The notes under the pieces are model-generated. The model saw only the letters and a list, made by a program, of their open reading frames with translations, searched no databases and was not told where the DNA came from. Shown here in pieces: positions 38,496 through 52,042 of a stretch of DNA of 64,000 bases. The position numbers and the translations under genes were made by a program. Location: contig OX597818.1 in NCBI GenBank assembly GCA_951406725.2, positions 89,714,001-89,778,000 on the forward strand, read 5' to 3'. Source of the stretch: Octopus vulgaris. Lineage: Eukaryota. Positions within the stretch are counted from its first letter, which is position 1. Each line of letters begins with the position of its first letter.

Positions 38496-40876
38496 ATAAT
38501 AATAATAATAATAATAAAGCCGTAGTTGCAATAATATCGCAGAGATTAAACATATGATAAAAGATAAAAGCAGAAGAGCAGAAAAGATGTTACAGAAAAC
38601 TAATAGCTATAAAAGATCAGCTATTAATCAACAAAGCTCGAAGACTATGGAAAGAGAAAGAGTTGTTTGAGAATGGTAAGGATTGATGGTTTTTTCCAGT
38701 TAAGATTGGTATAGGGCGGTGGATGATATATAGCTTCTCTGTGAGATAGAATTCTCATGGCTTTGATTAACGATGAAATGTTGTTGTCTTATCTAACAGG
38801 AATTACTGCTGCGTTGTCTTTCTATTCTCAAATATACTTTGAAAATGTTGTGTGGTTTTGTCCAGACGTTAATGACGGTGCATGCAATGTGAGTCTCTTA
38901 AAAGAATTTTCTTTAAGCCTCATGTGTTTAGTCTCTGCGATATTGCTGTCTCATTTTGGCAGTATTACTCACATGGATCTCGCAATTACTAATCATGAAT
39001 AAGGTAGCACTAGCAATAAGAGGATACATAAAAAGTTGTCATGAGTAAATGGTAAAAAAATAATCTTACAGATATTAATTAGGAGAGGAATATTCCAGAA
39101 AGATTCCCTTTCTCCGTTCGTTTTCTGTTTGAAATTGATAACTTTAAACGGATGCTTCTATGTATGTGTGCATGTAACGATGTGTTAAACATCTGAGTGG
39201 GCTCAGAAACAAAAATGAGGGCAAGGTATTCTACGATATTTTGTATATACATGACCCCCAAGTTACATTCTGCTAATGATAAATAACTAGAAACACTACT
39301 ACAGATATCTATAAATTTTTCAGAAAAATTGACAGATTCAGACTAGGAAATTATACCAAGACAATCTTGAAGGGTTGAAACTAAACTAAGAATATTAAGA
39401 TGCTAGATAAAGAAACTGAGATGAGAGAACTTTATCAAACACCGACATGCAAGCACTAAGGCAGAAATGAGCTAAATAGTGTATAACACATGCAAATGAT
39501 AGAAAAGATTAGGAAGGATTACAGATTAGATTACTTGCTAAAACGGAGCAAAGTACGAGGTATCCGCATTTTATCAACCCTCGTGATAAGTTAATATTTT
39601 GAGTTGGACGCTCAATGAACTAATAAGACTAGATATAAAAACAAGAAAAAGAGAGACTACATTTAGAACACATCACCTCAAAATCTGACATAGAAATCAG
39701 TGTTGTAGAGAGCGTATGTAACTAAAACACAAAGATAAAATATAACTGTAGGACTACGAATAAAGCTAGTAAAAAATCCATGGAAAATTAATATAAATAA
39801 CTACGAAATACGAACATGCTAACATATGTTCAAATTCTTCCTCAACAATTCAGCACGGAATTTTGTCAGTGAACAGGTCGCAGTCTCAAAACGACGAAAA
39901 TATTTTGACAAATTAAATGTAAATGTTGAAGTGAATCTAACAGATTTTGTATTTCTTAAATGGCTTATAGACACCTTCCACGCTGCAATTGTTTTCGTTC
40001 CAGCACACGATCTCAGATCTGGTCACTTGCTATGCAAGTACATCTCCGTAAAATTTTAAAGCCCTTCTTGATGCATGACAGATGGCAATAATCAACGCCC
40101 TTTGCAGCACCCAACGATCTCATTATTTTGAAACTCTCTGACGTGCACGGCCGTTTAATTCCTGTTTATCTTACATAAATTAATACACACACACACATAC
40201 ACACACATGCACACATTCACGCACTAATATACGTAGATGCTTGTCTTTGGTTAAGTATTAAAATAATTTGTATTTGTGCTAACCTTGTCACATTCTGTCA
40301 TCTTCATCATTATCATCATCATCACCGTTATGATTACCATCATCCAATAATCTTATTGTTATTGCGTGTTTTCAAAGGACTACTGAGTGAAACTCTGTGT
40401 GTCTTTGGTATCAGGTGTGTTTTATTGATTATGTTATAACGAGAGTAGTTTGTACCTTGGAGTTCAACTTGGAAAAGAAAGTAAGCATGGAGTGGAAAAT
40501 GCCGTTTTCTTGTGAATTTGTCAAAAATGTAAATGCCTAGGGCGACAATGCAACTGTTCTAAGCATAACCCAATAGATCGGGTATGAGAGACGGGAGATG
40601 GCACATGTTCTTGGTGTTCATGGTAATCGTGGATTTGATAGTCCCTTGGCCTTAATTGGAGGCGTTTCTGTGTCAGGGTGACTCTCTAATTATTCAAATA
40701 CTTTATTATTGAGGCGGCGATTAGGCAGAAACGTTAACATGCCGGGCGAAATGCGTAGCGTTATTTCATCCGTCTTTACGTTCTGAGATGAAATTACACC
40801 TGGTCAACTTTGTCATTCATCCTTTCGGAGTCGATAAAATAAACACCAGTTGTGCACTGGGGTCGATGTAATCGAC

Positions 40877-40915
<39 letters not shown>

Positions 40916-41724
40916 CTCTCTTTCTCTCTCTCAAAAATTCAGACCTTGTGTCTATAATAGAATGGATTATTGTTTTTATGGAGAAGTTCATAGCCGCTTC
41001 AACTATATCCTAAGGTACACTTCTGTGTTCCGAAGATGTGTGCAGCATTATGCTTTTGGGGGCTGTAGACCAGTTTTTACTTTGCTTTAGATCTTGGTTT
41101 GTTTTTGGTGTCATTTTAGCATTTCTTCTGGTGTTTAGATTATGCACCATGTCCATTGTGCAGTTTGCTTTGATTTTGAAAGCGTTTTATATGTGTTATG
41201 TAGTTATGCAATTGGCGTTATGTATTTCAGTGTCAGTCGGTTATGGCATATCACATGAAGTGTATGGTTTATATGAAAATCGATGCGTTGCAGCTGTTTA
41301 ACACGTGAGCTCTGTGTCTGTTTTCGTTATAGTGTCAAGTGTCAATTTTGTCTCATTTTGTTGGATGGTGTTAATGTATATTATCTGATCTATGCGTGGG
41401 CTGTGTTATGTTCCTGGGTGGTCATGGTGTGGGACATGTACCGTAAATCCTCGAGTATAATCTGCATTTTTTCCCCAAAATTTAAAGGTCAAAATCCCTA
41501 GTGCGTATTATACACGAGGTTAAAAATGAAAATTATTTTCTAAGCAATGTCCGAGTCTCTATTTGCAGTCCGGCAATGTTTATTTAGACGCATTTTATGA
41601 TGTTGGGCGCGTACTAGTCTTTAAGAATAAATACTGGTATCGATTTGTTCAAGTAAACCCTTCAATGGAGTGCTCCAGCATGGCCGCAGTCCAATGCATG
41701 AAACAAAGTAAAACATAAAAGATG

Positions 41725-42090
41725 TCTAGAGTTCCAGTTATTACTGGTACCGTTATTACCTTCCTGTCCCACAAACTGTTAATTTCAATTTCATGATGCT
41801 TGCATTTAGATAGTCTCACCAATTCTTTTCGTGCAATGCTTTGGTGAGAGGAAATCACAATGTGAAAAGAGCGCGAATGTATTTTCTTCCCAGTTCTTGA
41901 TTATTATATCTGGATAGTTCACATTGATTTTCGTTTCAATTTGGATAGACATGCACCAGATGATTGTAGCTAGGCCGTTGTTGTGAGTCGTATTCGGTTC
42001 ATGTTTATAGAATTTCTTGCCTGTTTTCATAGGGTAACCTTGAAATATAGCCATAATGACATAGCTACAGACTCAGCCATATATGTGGGA
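41725..42090 (-). pseudogene. R4/Dong LINE restriction-like endonuclease fragment
   Basis: YKHEP..IIW..NYPDIIIK..EIEINSLW..VPVITGTL. Confidence 0.7.
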
Positions 42091-42332
42091 TATATTTGGT
42101 CTATAGCCAGGACTGAAAATCCAAGATTACGTCGTCAACCATCTTATAAATGCACAGTACATATTTGATATTGGTACTATTTATATATTGATTTATAGTC
42201 CGCCCTTCTGTATAATACGCAGAGGATTTTTAGGGGGCTGTACCTCTGAAAAACCTAAGCCTTGTGTATAATACGCACCTCTTCTCTAACTTGAGTCAAG
42301 GAGGTCTATATAACGTCCTTGGTTTGTAAAAA

Positions 42333-42728
42333 TGCGTGGCTGTGTGGTAAGAAGCTTGCTTCGCAACCACATGATTTCGGATTGAGTGTTACTACGAGGC
42401 ACATCGAGTAAGTGTCTTCTTCTATAGCCTCAGGTCGACCAAACCCTTGTGAGTGGATTTGATAGACGGTAACTGTAAGAAGCCCGTCACACACACACAC
42501 ACATGTTTGTGTGTGTATGTCTGTGTTTGTCCCCCCACCATCGCTTGACAACCGATGCTGGTGTATTTACGTCCCCGAAACATAGCGGTTCGGCAAAAGA
42601 GAACGATAGAATAAGTACTTGGCTTACAAAGAATAAGTCCTGGGGTGGATTTCTTCGACTAGCACTCTTTAAGGCGGTTCTCCAGCATAACCGCAGTCAA
42701 ATGACTGAAACAAGTAAAAGAGTAAAAG
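42333..42728 (+). mobile_element. SINE family B
   Basis: Matches the family B head and tail. Confidence 0.85.
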
Positions 42729-42939
42729 AATTGTTTGTAACATGGAATTGATTAAGCCTTTTGTTTCTGTTTTTAGCCTCAAACTCTTGGCTATTGTTGG
42801 CTTTAATTGTAGTTTAATCCCTCTTAGTCGTGCATTGTGGGGGTATCGACTATGGAGTAGCTTTTCTCTTCATTTTCACCATCAGTGTTCATTGGAAATC
42901 CATTTTGATTTTGTTCTTTTTAGGGGCCATTGTCATCTA

Positions 42940-43880
42940 CTGTAGCCCGGTACTGATTAATGCCTTGTGAATCAATGTGGCTGTTGGAAAGTGAGTAGGA
43001 ACCCTACTGCCCAGGAGATGAAAAGCAGAAAGAAAATAGGGCGGTGGACGACATCGCAAGTAGTGGCAATAATGACAACACGATTCAGAGATTAAGATCA
43101 TCACTGCTGCTACAGTTGTTTCCAGAGCTCCATGATCGCAGCTCCTGGAAAGGGCAGAGCTGAAGTAAGAAAAAGTGCTTCCTCGCCATTTCCGCCAGTA
43201 CTTAAAACTGACGACGATAACTGAAACGGAACAGCGCCTCCTGTCATACAAGGACAGTCAAAGACTACCAGTAGCTCTACTGTTTCACTGTTTTATGGAG
43301 ATGCGGACATGGAGAATGGACAGGGTGAGAAACTTCTAAGAAAAGAAAAAAAAAAAAAAGAAAACTAGAGAAGCTAAATAAATGGTAAGACAAAAGCTCA
43401 AAGTCCATCATGGAGTACCTGAATTTTACTTACCTAATAGTGATTTTAAATTTTGGCACACGGCCAGTAATTTCGGGGGAGGGGTAAATCAATTACATCG
43501 ATCCCAGTGTTCAACTGGTACTTATTTTATCGACCCCGAAAGAATGAAAGGCAAAGTCGACCTCGGCGGAATTTAAACTCAGAAAGTAAAGGCGAACGAA
43601 ATTACTTACCTAATATTGACACCTAAAGAGAATCAAACTCTGTGTTGACTTTTTTCGAGAGGGAGGCAGAACACTGGTGCCTGGAGGAGGCAGACGAATG
43701 ACAGACACCACGTCAGTGATGTCTCAACAACTGAAGATTCATTAACCCGTACGTGTGGTGCTCGGACCCTTAATGGTTCGGTCACGAATGAAATTGCTCA
43801 GGTGTAACTTTGGCGGACTTCGTTGTCAGACGAGAAGAGGCGTTGGAGTCGTGGGGGTCCTACCCAAGTGGCGACTCACA
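42940..43880 (+). pseudogene. Possible highly decayed Tx1 ORF1/ORF2 junction
   Basis: MKLLRCNFGGLRCQTRR at ~43788 resembles the start of an APE endonuclease; interrupted by a SINE C. Confidence 0.3.
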
Positions 43881-44225
43881 TTGCTTTATGGGTAGGTTGC
43901 CTATATTTTATTGTCATTTGTGTTTGTTTTGAACACCAATTACTGTTTTATCTGCCATAATACATGAATACACACACACACATACACACACACACATACA
44001 CCCATGTATACACATACATACATACTCACACTAACATATAAGTCAAATATACATGAGTATGCATCTACATGATACACACATATATAGACAAACATATATA
44101 CATGCATATATGTATGCATGTATATAATATTTATATACACGTGTGTGTATGTGTGTGTGTGCGTGCGCGTATCTGTGTGTATCTATCTGTTCATCTCTCT
44201 CTCTCACTCTCTCTCTATATACGTG

Positions 44226-44269
<44 letters not shown>

Positions 44270-44306
44270 CACATATATATATAAATATTTATGTATATTT
44301 ATATTT

Positions 44307-44347
<41 letters not shown>

Positions 44348-44378
44348 CGTATATATACGTAAATGTATAAATATATAC

Positions 44379-44425
<47 letters not shown>

Positions 44426-44988
44426 CATACACACATACACACCTGTGCACGCATACATGTCTGTTTCGTAACCCAGTTTCTTTGACATGTTTCCTGAATG
44501 TGTCTATGAAACACTAGCAGTCAATAAAGACAGGATTGCCAGGTCGTTATTACTAATAATATTCAAGATTTGAGAGATGCCTCAAGAGTTTCTTTTATTA
44601 CATCAAAATGAATTATGTATATCTAGGAAGACATACTCACAAATGTTCAAGGTTAATGAATGATTTACGACAATGCTGTAACAACGTTTATAGCTCGCTT
44701 CTACGCGAAAATATTGTCCAGCATTAATTACTACGTTGGTTATTAACATATTTTTGTAAATTTTATTACGGAAAATGGTCATAATAATTACGTGCTATTT
44801 GGTAGTGTCTGAGTAGATGTGGAATCATGGTATTGTCGTTTGGAAAGACAAATAGAAATTTATACGCGTATCAGAGAAACATTTTTTAGTGAGTTGAAAT
44901 TGAGCGGTTGTATTATTATATATTATATATGATATATATATTATATTATGCATAATAAATATTATATTATATTATATTATATATAAAT

Positions 44989-45341
44989 TAGAAATATTAA
45001 ATTTCTAAATGTCTCAACAAAGAGACATTGAGCGGTGGTGGAGTGATAGAGTGGTTGTATACTGTCAACTTAACGTGACAGTCCCGTATGGGAATTACAC
45101 CACCGCTGTTTAGCCCTAGGAAGCATCGAACGCTTCCTGTCGGCTTTGACACATTTTCTGTGTCCTTATATTTGTGAAGGGGAGGCAAGCACCCCCACCA
45201 GCCTCCCCTTCACAAATATAAGGACACAGAAAATGTGTCAAAGCCGACAGGAAGCGTTCGATGCTTCCTAGGGCTAAACAGCGGTGGTGTAATTCCCATA
45301 CGGGACTGTCACGTTAAGTTGACAGTATACAACCACTCTAT
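44989..45341. mobile_element. PLE-like inverted terminal repeat (141-bp palindrome arms)
   Basis: 45046-45186 equals the reverse complement of 45201-45341; 14-nt loop. Confidence 0.8.
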
Positions 45342-45411
45342 ATATAAACGATATTATATATAATGTATATTACATTATATATGATATATATCATATTATA
45401 TATATTATATA

Positions 45412-47298
45412 TTGATTGATTGATTGATTGATTCTAGTTTCAGCTTATGAGCTGTGGCCATGCTGGGGCACCGCCATTTGGTGTTGCTACTTGGTTTCAC
45501 TTCATGGAGGCTTTCTAGCAACTGCTATTTGGTGCATGAGAGAGTTCGATGCAGCTGCCCTCATCTGCCCCTCCTGCCGTGAAGTTGGTTCATCTGGGAC
45601 ACCTGACAGGAAGAGATCCAGCTTCATTTTAAAGACATCTGTATCCACCCCATGCAGGTCTCTCAGGTTCTTCGGGAGGATATTGAAGAGCTGTGGGCCT
45701 CGGAAGCCCAGGCTATCACAGAATCTTGTCCTACATCTTGATGGCAGGTTTGGAGTCCTAGGCACCACGCAGTGGCGCCCAGTTCTGGCATTTGCGTAAC
45801 TCTCGATGCCAAAGTTCAGGACACTTCCCTCCAGGATCTTCCAGATGTATATTATGGCATATCTTTCCCGCCTACGCTCCAGGGAATATAATTTTAATCT
45901 CTTGAGTCTTTCCCAGTAGCTTACATTCTGCATAGAGGCTATCTTCTTTGTGTAGCTTCGTTGGATCGCCTCAAGTTCTGTGATCAACTTGACACTGGAT
46001 GGTGACCATAGCTGAGAGCAATAGTCAAAGTGACTTAGGACAAGTGTCTTCCAGAGGACCATCATGGTTTCTTGTTCTAAAGGTTCTAAGAATCCATCCA
46101 GCCAGCCGTCTGCATTTCATTGTCAGTTTAGCAACATGTACATGAAAGGTCGCGTCATCACTCATGTGAATACCCAGGTCACGCACTGATTGTGCCTCTG
46201 GGATTGCAATCCCTCCGGGTCCAGTGTATTCATTGGGTATTGCATTCAGTTTTGCATGCTGATAGTATAAAGCTTGAAACTTTCCAGCATTGAACTGCAT
46301 GCTATTCTTTTCAGCCCACTTGTATATTTCGTCCAGCTCATATTGCAGGTGCCTAGTGTCTTCAGGGTTCTGTATTGCCTGTGAAACTTTTGTATCATCT
46401 GCATAACTTGTGATCGTTGCTCTCTGCGTGGCTGAGGGCATGTCTGAGAGGGCCATTATGAACAGTAGTGGTCCCAGAACAGTGCCCTGCGGAACACCGC
46501 TCACTATTTGTGTGTTAAGGGAGGTGGCCCCATTGGCTACTACCACCTGACTTCTATCCTTCAGAAAGTCATGAAGCCATTCTCCCAGTTTTCCAACTAT
46601 GTTGAGATCACGCAATTTGTGACATATCATTCCATGATCGACTTTATCAAAGGCCTTTGCAAAGTCGAGATATATCACTTCCACATTTGAGTGGTTGAGC
46701 AGCCGTTTCAGCACCCAGTCATAGTGTTGTAGGAGCTGAGTTAAACAGCTTCTCCCTGGTCGGAAACCATGTTGGGTGTCGGGTAGCAAGTCATTCTCTT
46801 CAAGGAAGGTGATCAGCTTCCTTCTGACTATTCGTTCCATGACCTTGCTGATGTGTGAGGTCAGAGAGATAGGTCTATAGTTCTTGGCTTCCGCTCTGCT
46901 ACCTCCTTTATGAATGGGGCATATTTTACCTTCCTTCAGTTTTCCTGGAAGTTTGCCAGCTGCAAGGAAGCTCTGAAAGAGGAACTGCAGTGGTCTTGCT
47001 AGGACTCTCTTACATGCTTTTAGGAGGATTGCCGGGAATCCATCGGGGCCAGTAGCTGAGTCTGTTTTCATTTCATCTATAGCCTTGGTTACATCGTCTT
47101 CCTTTATATCGATGTAATCTATCGTCGCCGCCTCTGATTTTATATCTGCAGTGGTAAAAAAGTCAGTTGGATTGGTGATTTGGAGATGCCCAAGGGGTGG
47201 AGTGAAAACACTCTTGAATTGCTCATTCAGTATTTCACTTACCCTCATTGGTTTTCCTGTAAGTGTGCCATCCTTTTCGAGGAGTGGCCCTATTCTAC
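45412..47298 (-). mobile_element. 5'-truncated CR1-clade LINE, RT domain with one frameshift near 46070
   Basis: GPDG, NYRPISLTS, QHGFRPGRSC, YLDFAKAFD, SGVPQGTVLGP, YADD; stop at 45502; (CAAT)n tail. Confidence 0.95.
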
Positions 47299-48194
47299 AG
47301 TGCACTGTAGCTGTTTATTATTTATAATATATATTAAATATAATGTATATATATATATATATTTTGTTATATTATGGTGATGCCCCGGCATGCCCACAGC
47401 TCGTGAGCTGACAGAATCATTAGCACACCGGACAAAATGCTTTGCGGCATTTCGTCCGTCTTTACGTTCTCAGTTCATATTTCGCCGAGATAGACTTTGC
47501 CTTTCATCCTTTCAGGGTCGATAAAATCAGTACCGGTCAGGTACTTGGATCAATGTAATAGACTAGCCCTCTCTCCCCAAATTTCAGGCTTTGTGCCGAT
47601 AGTAGAAATTTTTATTACACTGTAACAGAATTTTAATTATTTTTTTTGCCTTAGGTCAATAAATGTTATTTCCTATTAGCTTCTATTTAGAAATCAAAGA
47701 AAATGACTACTATTGCCTTCAAACTTTGCTTTTGTAAGCTGGACATCAATGTTTTGAAACTGACCTCTTTTCCATTACATTTCAGACAGGTTCAGTGCTG
47801 AGTTGCTGAAGCAGAAATATCCTTATAGCAAACATACTGTTCAATACAACAGATTCGTTTTTCAGATGCTTGACCTTAACCACTTGAGCCTTCCCTTAGT
47901 GGCTGACAATATGTTCATCTCTGATCATGCGCAGGAGTAGTGGGGGAGTATCATAGTCACGTGTTGAGAAGGTTACTTTGAGGTTTGAATAAATATGAAC
48001 AAAAGCATTTTACATACTTTCTAGGAGTAAGCAAATAGGAAATAGCAGTTGCTATCCAAGGACAAAAATGGTGTTACACCGTGTTATATATAATATATTT
48101 AATTCCTTATTATTATTATTATCATTGCTGTATTTAATAAATCATCAGACATAATGCATTTAATGTATTATTGTATTTAACATATGATCATTAA

Positions 48195-48585
48195 CGTTGG
48201 GAAATAGCCGAAAGAGTACGATCGCAGATACAAGCGGCTGAAATGGAATTCGCCAGATGGCCTCTTGAGGAACGTTATTCGACAGGATGTGTAGCTCGGA
48301 GATTAGAGTGTCTCTCTAGGCCGAGTCGCTACTTCTCCGCATTGAAAAGGTAACAGTTCCGGTACTACGGACATGGGATTAGAATGTAACAGAAAAGAAA
48401 CGTAATATAGATTTTTCAAGCGGAGCCAACCGGCAGGAGCCTTAGGGGTAAAACAAGAACGAGGTGGTTGAATCACGTTTGGGAACCCAACCAGAAAGCT
48501 TCTGATAGAGCCCTAAAGGGAAAGTGCCTGAAGGATGTACCCCTGCGACCATCTCAAAAATAGTTGGCGAAGAAGATACATTGAT
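48195..48585 (+). pseudogene. RTE LINE 3' fragment
   Basis: RVRSQIQAAEMEF..LLLRIEK..YYGHGIRM..RTRWL; same family as 18425. Confidence 0.7.
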
Positions 48586-48597
48586 GGATGAATTATA

Positions 48598-48814
48598 CGA
48601 GGGGGTACTGAAAAGTTTTTGATTTTAAGGGTATCGCGAAAAGCCTGGTTAGAGGTCTAGACTTCCGAGTTATTTTACAGGGTTTAGGAAAACTGAAGGA
48701 CCACCGCAATAAGTGTTATAATCTGAGAGGGGAATATGCTGATTAAAATCATAATTAACTGATCCTCCTGTATTTTCTTTTACCTAAAGCCAGAAAATTT
48801 TCAACACCCCATCG
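48598..48814 (+). mobile_element. Mariner-derived MITE
   Basis: TA|CGAGGGGGTACTGAAAA ... TTTTCAACACCCCATCG|TA; remnant GLGKLKDHRNKCYNLRGEY. Confidence 0.8.
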
Positions 48815-49946
48815 TATATCACGTATTTAAAACATGATTATAAGCATTTATTTAACAAACATATTTCGTACATTATTATACAGAGCATTTAATACTCTAT
48901 CACACACTATCAGTACCCGTGGAAATTCCACGGCAAATAGGAAATTTTTTAGATAGTTGTAAGTTTATATAGAGCCATAAAAATCAGTGCTATTTTATAA
49001 ACTGTATATTCTGTATCATTTTCATTTAAAACACCTTTTAGTTCTTCTAGATAAGGCTGTAATTGAAGGAGCGTGACATTTCCGTTCGCTCAGCAGCTCA
49101 GAGGTTCAGTTACAAATCTAAGAGCTTCGCATTGATTACAGGGAATATTCATGTCACCACTGCAGTAACTTCGAACTATATGTTTACAGTTTCCTTTTTA
49201 CGTTCTCATTTTCATATTATAGTCTGTTTTAAGCACGTTCCCTTATCTTTTGTAAATACTTATTGTATACGCTTTGATTCATATTTTCCCTTCTACACAT
49301 TGATGCTCCTGTGCTTCTAGTGATTCGACTCTCTGCTTCTCTTTACATCATTTCTATACCGTTTCATTCTATTTCTTATTAGCTTACATCATCTGTCATC
49401 CATATTTTATATATAAATATCTATTTTCAACTGGGCAGATGACAAATACTTGCACTTATGCACATGCGTTACGTGATAGGCGATATAAAAGATCTGGTTC
49501 AATTAAGAAAAACATCTACATTTCTCACTATCCACTCACCCACTGCCACCTCGACCATCATCATCATGATCATTAGTAACAAAGCGCAGTCTAAATTGTT
49601 TGCTAAGCATGATTATTTCATTTCATTTGTTTGTTTTATCTACATTTCTTGCTGTCGGTATAAAGTTCGAATAAATAATTAAAAAAAAAATAATAACATC
49701 CATGGCTATTTTGCTAAGTCATTTCACTTTCATTGAAAAATTTATCTTTCTATTATAAGTTTATTATTTTTGTTATTATTATTATTATTATTATTCCTTC
49801 TTCAGGCCAATCATCGATGGATTTGTAAATGAGGATAGATAAATAGTTCGACAGATAGAAGATGTAAAAAAACTGAATATTAAAATGTTATTTTCTTGTT
49901 AGTCACAATAATAAATGTTTAGAATTTCTCTCTGCTACACACACAC

Positions 49947-50002
<56 letters not shown>

Positions 50003-50246
50003 TTAAACTTCAACAAACTTTTTAATCGTGTCATTCCCCTCTTCATGTCGTTATCATTTCTCTTCGCTTGTCACTTCCACTAATCACATGACAGCTTAAT
50101 TTATCGGCCGACAATAATGCCACTGCTCTCCTCTCTCTCTATTTTCCTTCTTTAATCTCACCATCAGAACATCACACCTCTGCTAAACATTGTATTTCTA
50201 ACTCTCTTTCTCTATATCACTCCCTTCAACTAACTTCTTAACCTCC

Positions 50247-50545
50247 CGTTTGCACCGTGAACAGGGATTAATCTTCTCTCTTCGCTCCTTTGCGCCACAT
50301 GGACTCAGCTCTCTTCCACTCTTCATCTAACCTCCTCCCCTCGCTTCTCTCCTCCTCACACCCACCTCTCCTCTCTTGCTCTGACTCCTACTTCTTGTCT
50401 TCACTCCTTCTCTCCACACTTACCCAAACTCTAATACATCTGTTTGTTGTCTACACCACCTGTCTTCGTCTTTTGGTTTTTTTTGTGAATTCTCCCCTAA
50501 TGAAGTTATCACCGATGCTATTAACGAGACAAATTATCTGGGACA
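50247..50545 (+). mobile_element. Penelope-like 3' fragment (GIY-YIG C-terminus and decayed hammerhead)
   Basis: RLHREQGLIFSLRSFAPHGL matches the R.REQ.LIF.L....P.GLN motif. Confidence 0.65.
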
Positions 50546-51784
50546 TATGCACCCATATGTTTTACGACTACGAAGAGTGTTCATATTTTGGTCTGTGTAA
50601 AATGTCGGTGTTACTGAATGTGAACGGCAACGAAGGCAAGACCTTCAGACTAATTGCTGTTTAAGGGATGCAAAACGATGAATATGATTGTCGCTTTTGT
50701 TAAGGCCAGGGTGAAGAACCCTCAGCTACTCAGCTCATCTCGTCGGACCTACTTGCACAGATTGAGAGCTAAATTTGACTTGGGAGTACCTGAAGTTCTC
50801 AGCAACAGTTGCTTTAACATCAGATACAGTGTTGGTCTTGGATGCATCCCAGCAGGTTGTTCTGTTAGAGTTCTCCATTCCCTGGAGGATTGTGTTAAGG
50901 GGTTAAATGAGAGGAAGAGAACGAAATGTTCTGAGCTTGTGAAGTTTTGCTGAAACAATGGGTGGCAAGCAAGATGTAATTCCATTGAAGTGGAATGCGG
51001 AGAGTTTGTAGGTCAGTCTCTATGTAGAGTTTTCAGCGTGCTGGGCATCACAAGAGCCAGTAGGGGGGAAGGCCAAGTTGTGTACGGAGCAGCCGAATTT
51101 CTCCAAGCCGAATTTCTAGTGATTCGACTCTCTGCTTCTCTTTACATCATTTCTATACCGTTTCATTCTATTTCTTATTAGCTTACATCATCTGTCATGA
51201 TACAGAATGGATCAGGAAATGTGACACGGCGGAAAAGATTGCTTAGCGGCATCGAGGAAGTCAACTTCGCCTTTCATTCTTTTAGGGTCGATAAAATATA
51301 GTACCAATCAAGTACTAGGGTCGATGTAATCGATTAGCCCTTGCCTCCTAAAATTGCTGGCTTTGTGCCAAAATGTGAAGCAATTGTTTAAATTTCTTTT
51401 TGCTACCCTCTCTACTGTTTTTCGGATCGTCTTTTGTTTTTAGTTCTTTTCTCTTCCTTCGTTTCTCTACCATTTTCTCATATGCTTTCCTTTCACTCTC
51501 CCGATTTGTCTATTTTCTTTATCTCGTTTCTCTTCTCTGTTTCCATCCATATTATTCCAATTCTCTCTCCCTACTAATAAATATTTTAATTATGAGTCCT
51601 ATTTGTTTACATGCCTGTTTTATTCCTTATACACAAAAACTCATAAAGTGAGTAACTGTAGTTTCTTCTAAAGAAACAGCAGCTGAGCTGAAACACAAAG
51701 GTTCATTTGTAAGGAAACCTCTAACTCACATTATTTTTAACATTAGCTTCCTTATAACTGTGGTTTTCTTAATTTGTATGATCG

Positions 51785-51822
<38 letters not shown>

Positions 51823-52006
51823 CCTGTGTCTGTCTCCCACACACAGGGCATACTGTTCAGTGAAGGTAAGATCAACAAAAATGTACTTCATCTGGTGAAA
51901 GACAAATATCGCTCAATGAACACAGCATATACTTTTATGAACTACCATTAGTAGCTGCTAATGGCATGAAACTATTAGTAACTCATACAAATATATACTG
52001 TGTTCA

Positions 52007-52037
<31 letters not shown>

Positions 52038-52042
<5 letters not shown>

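Noticed and set aside
50660-51110. GC-richer, coding-like segment
   Set aside because: Probably a decayed LINE piece, but I could identify no motif
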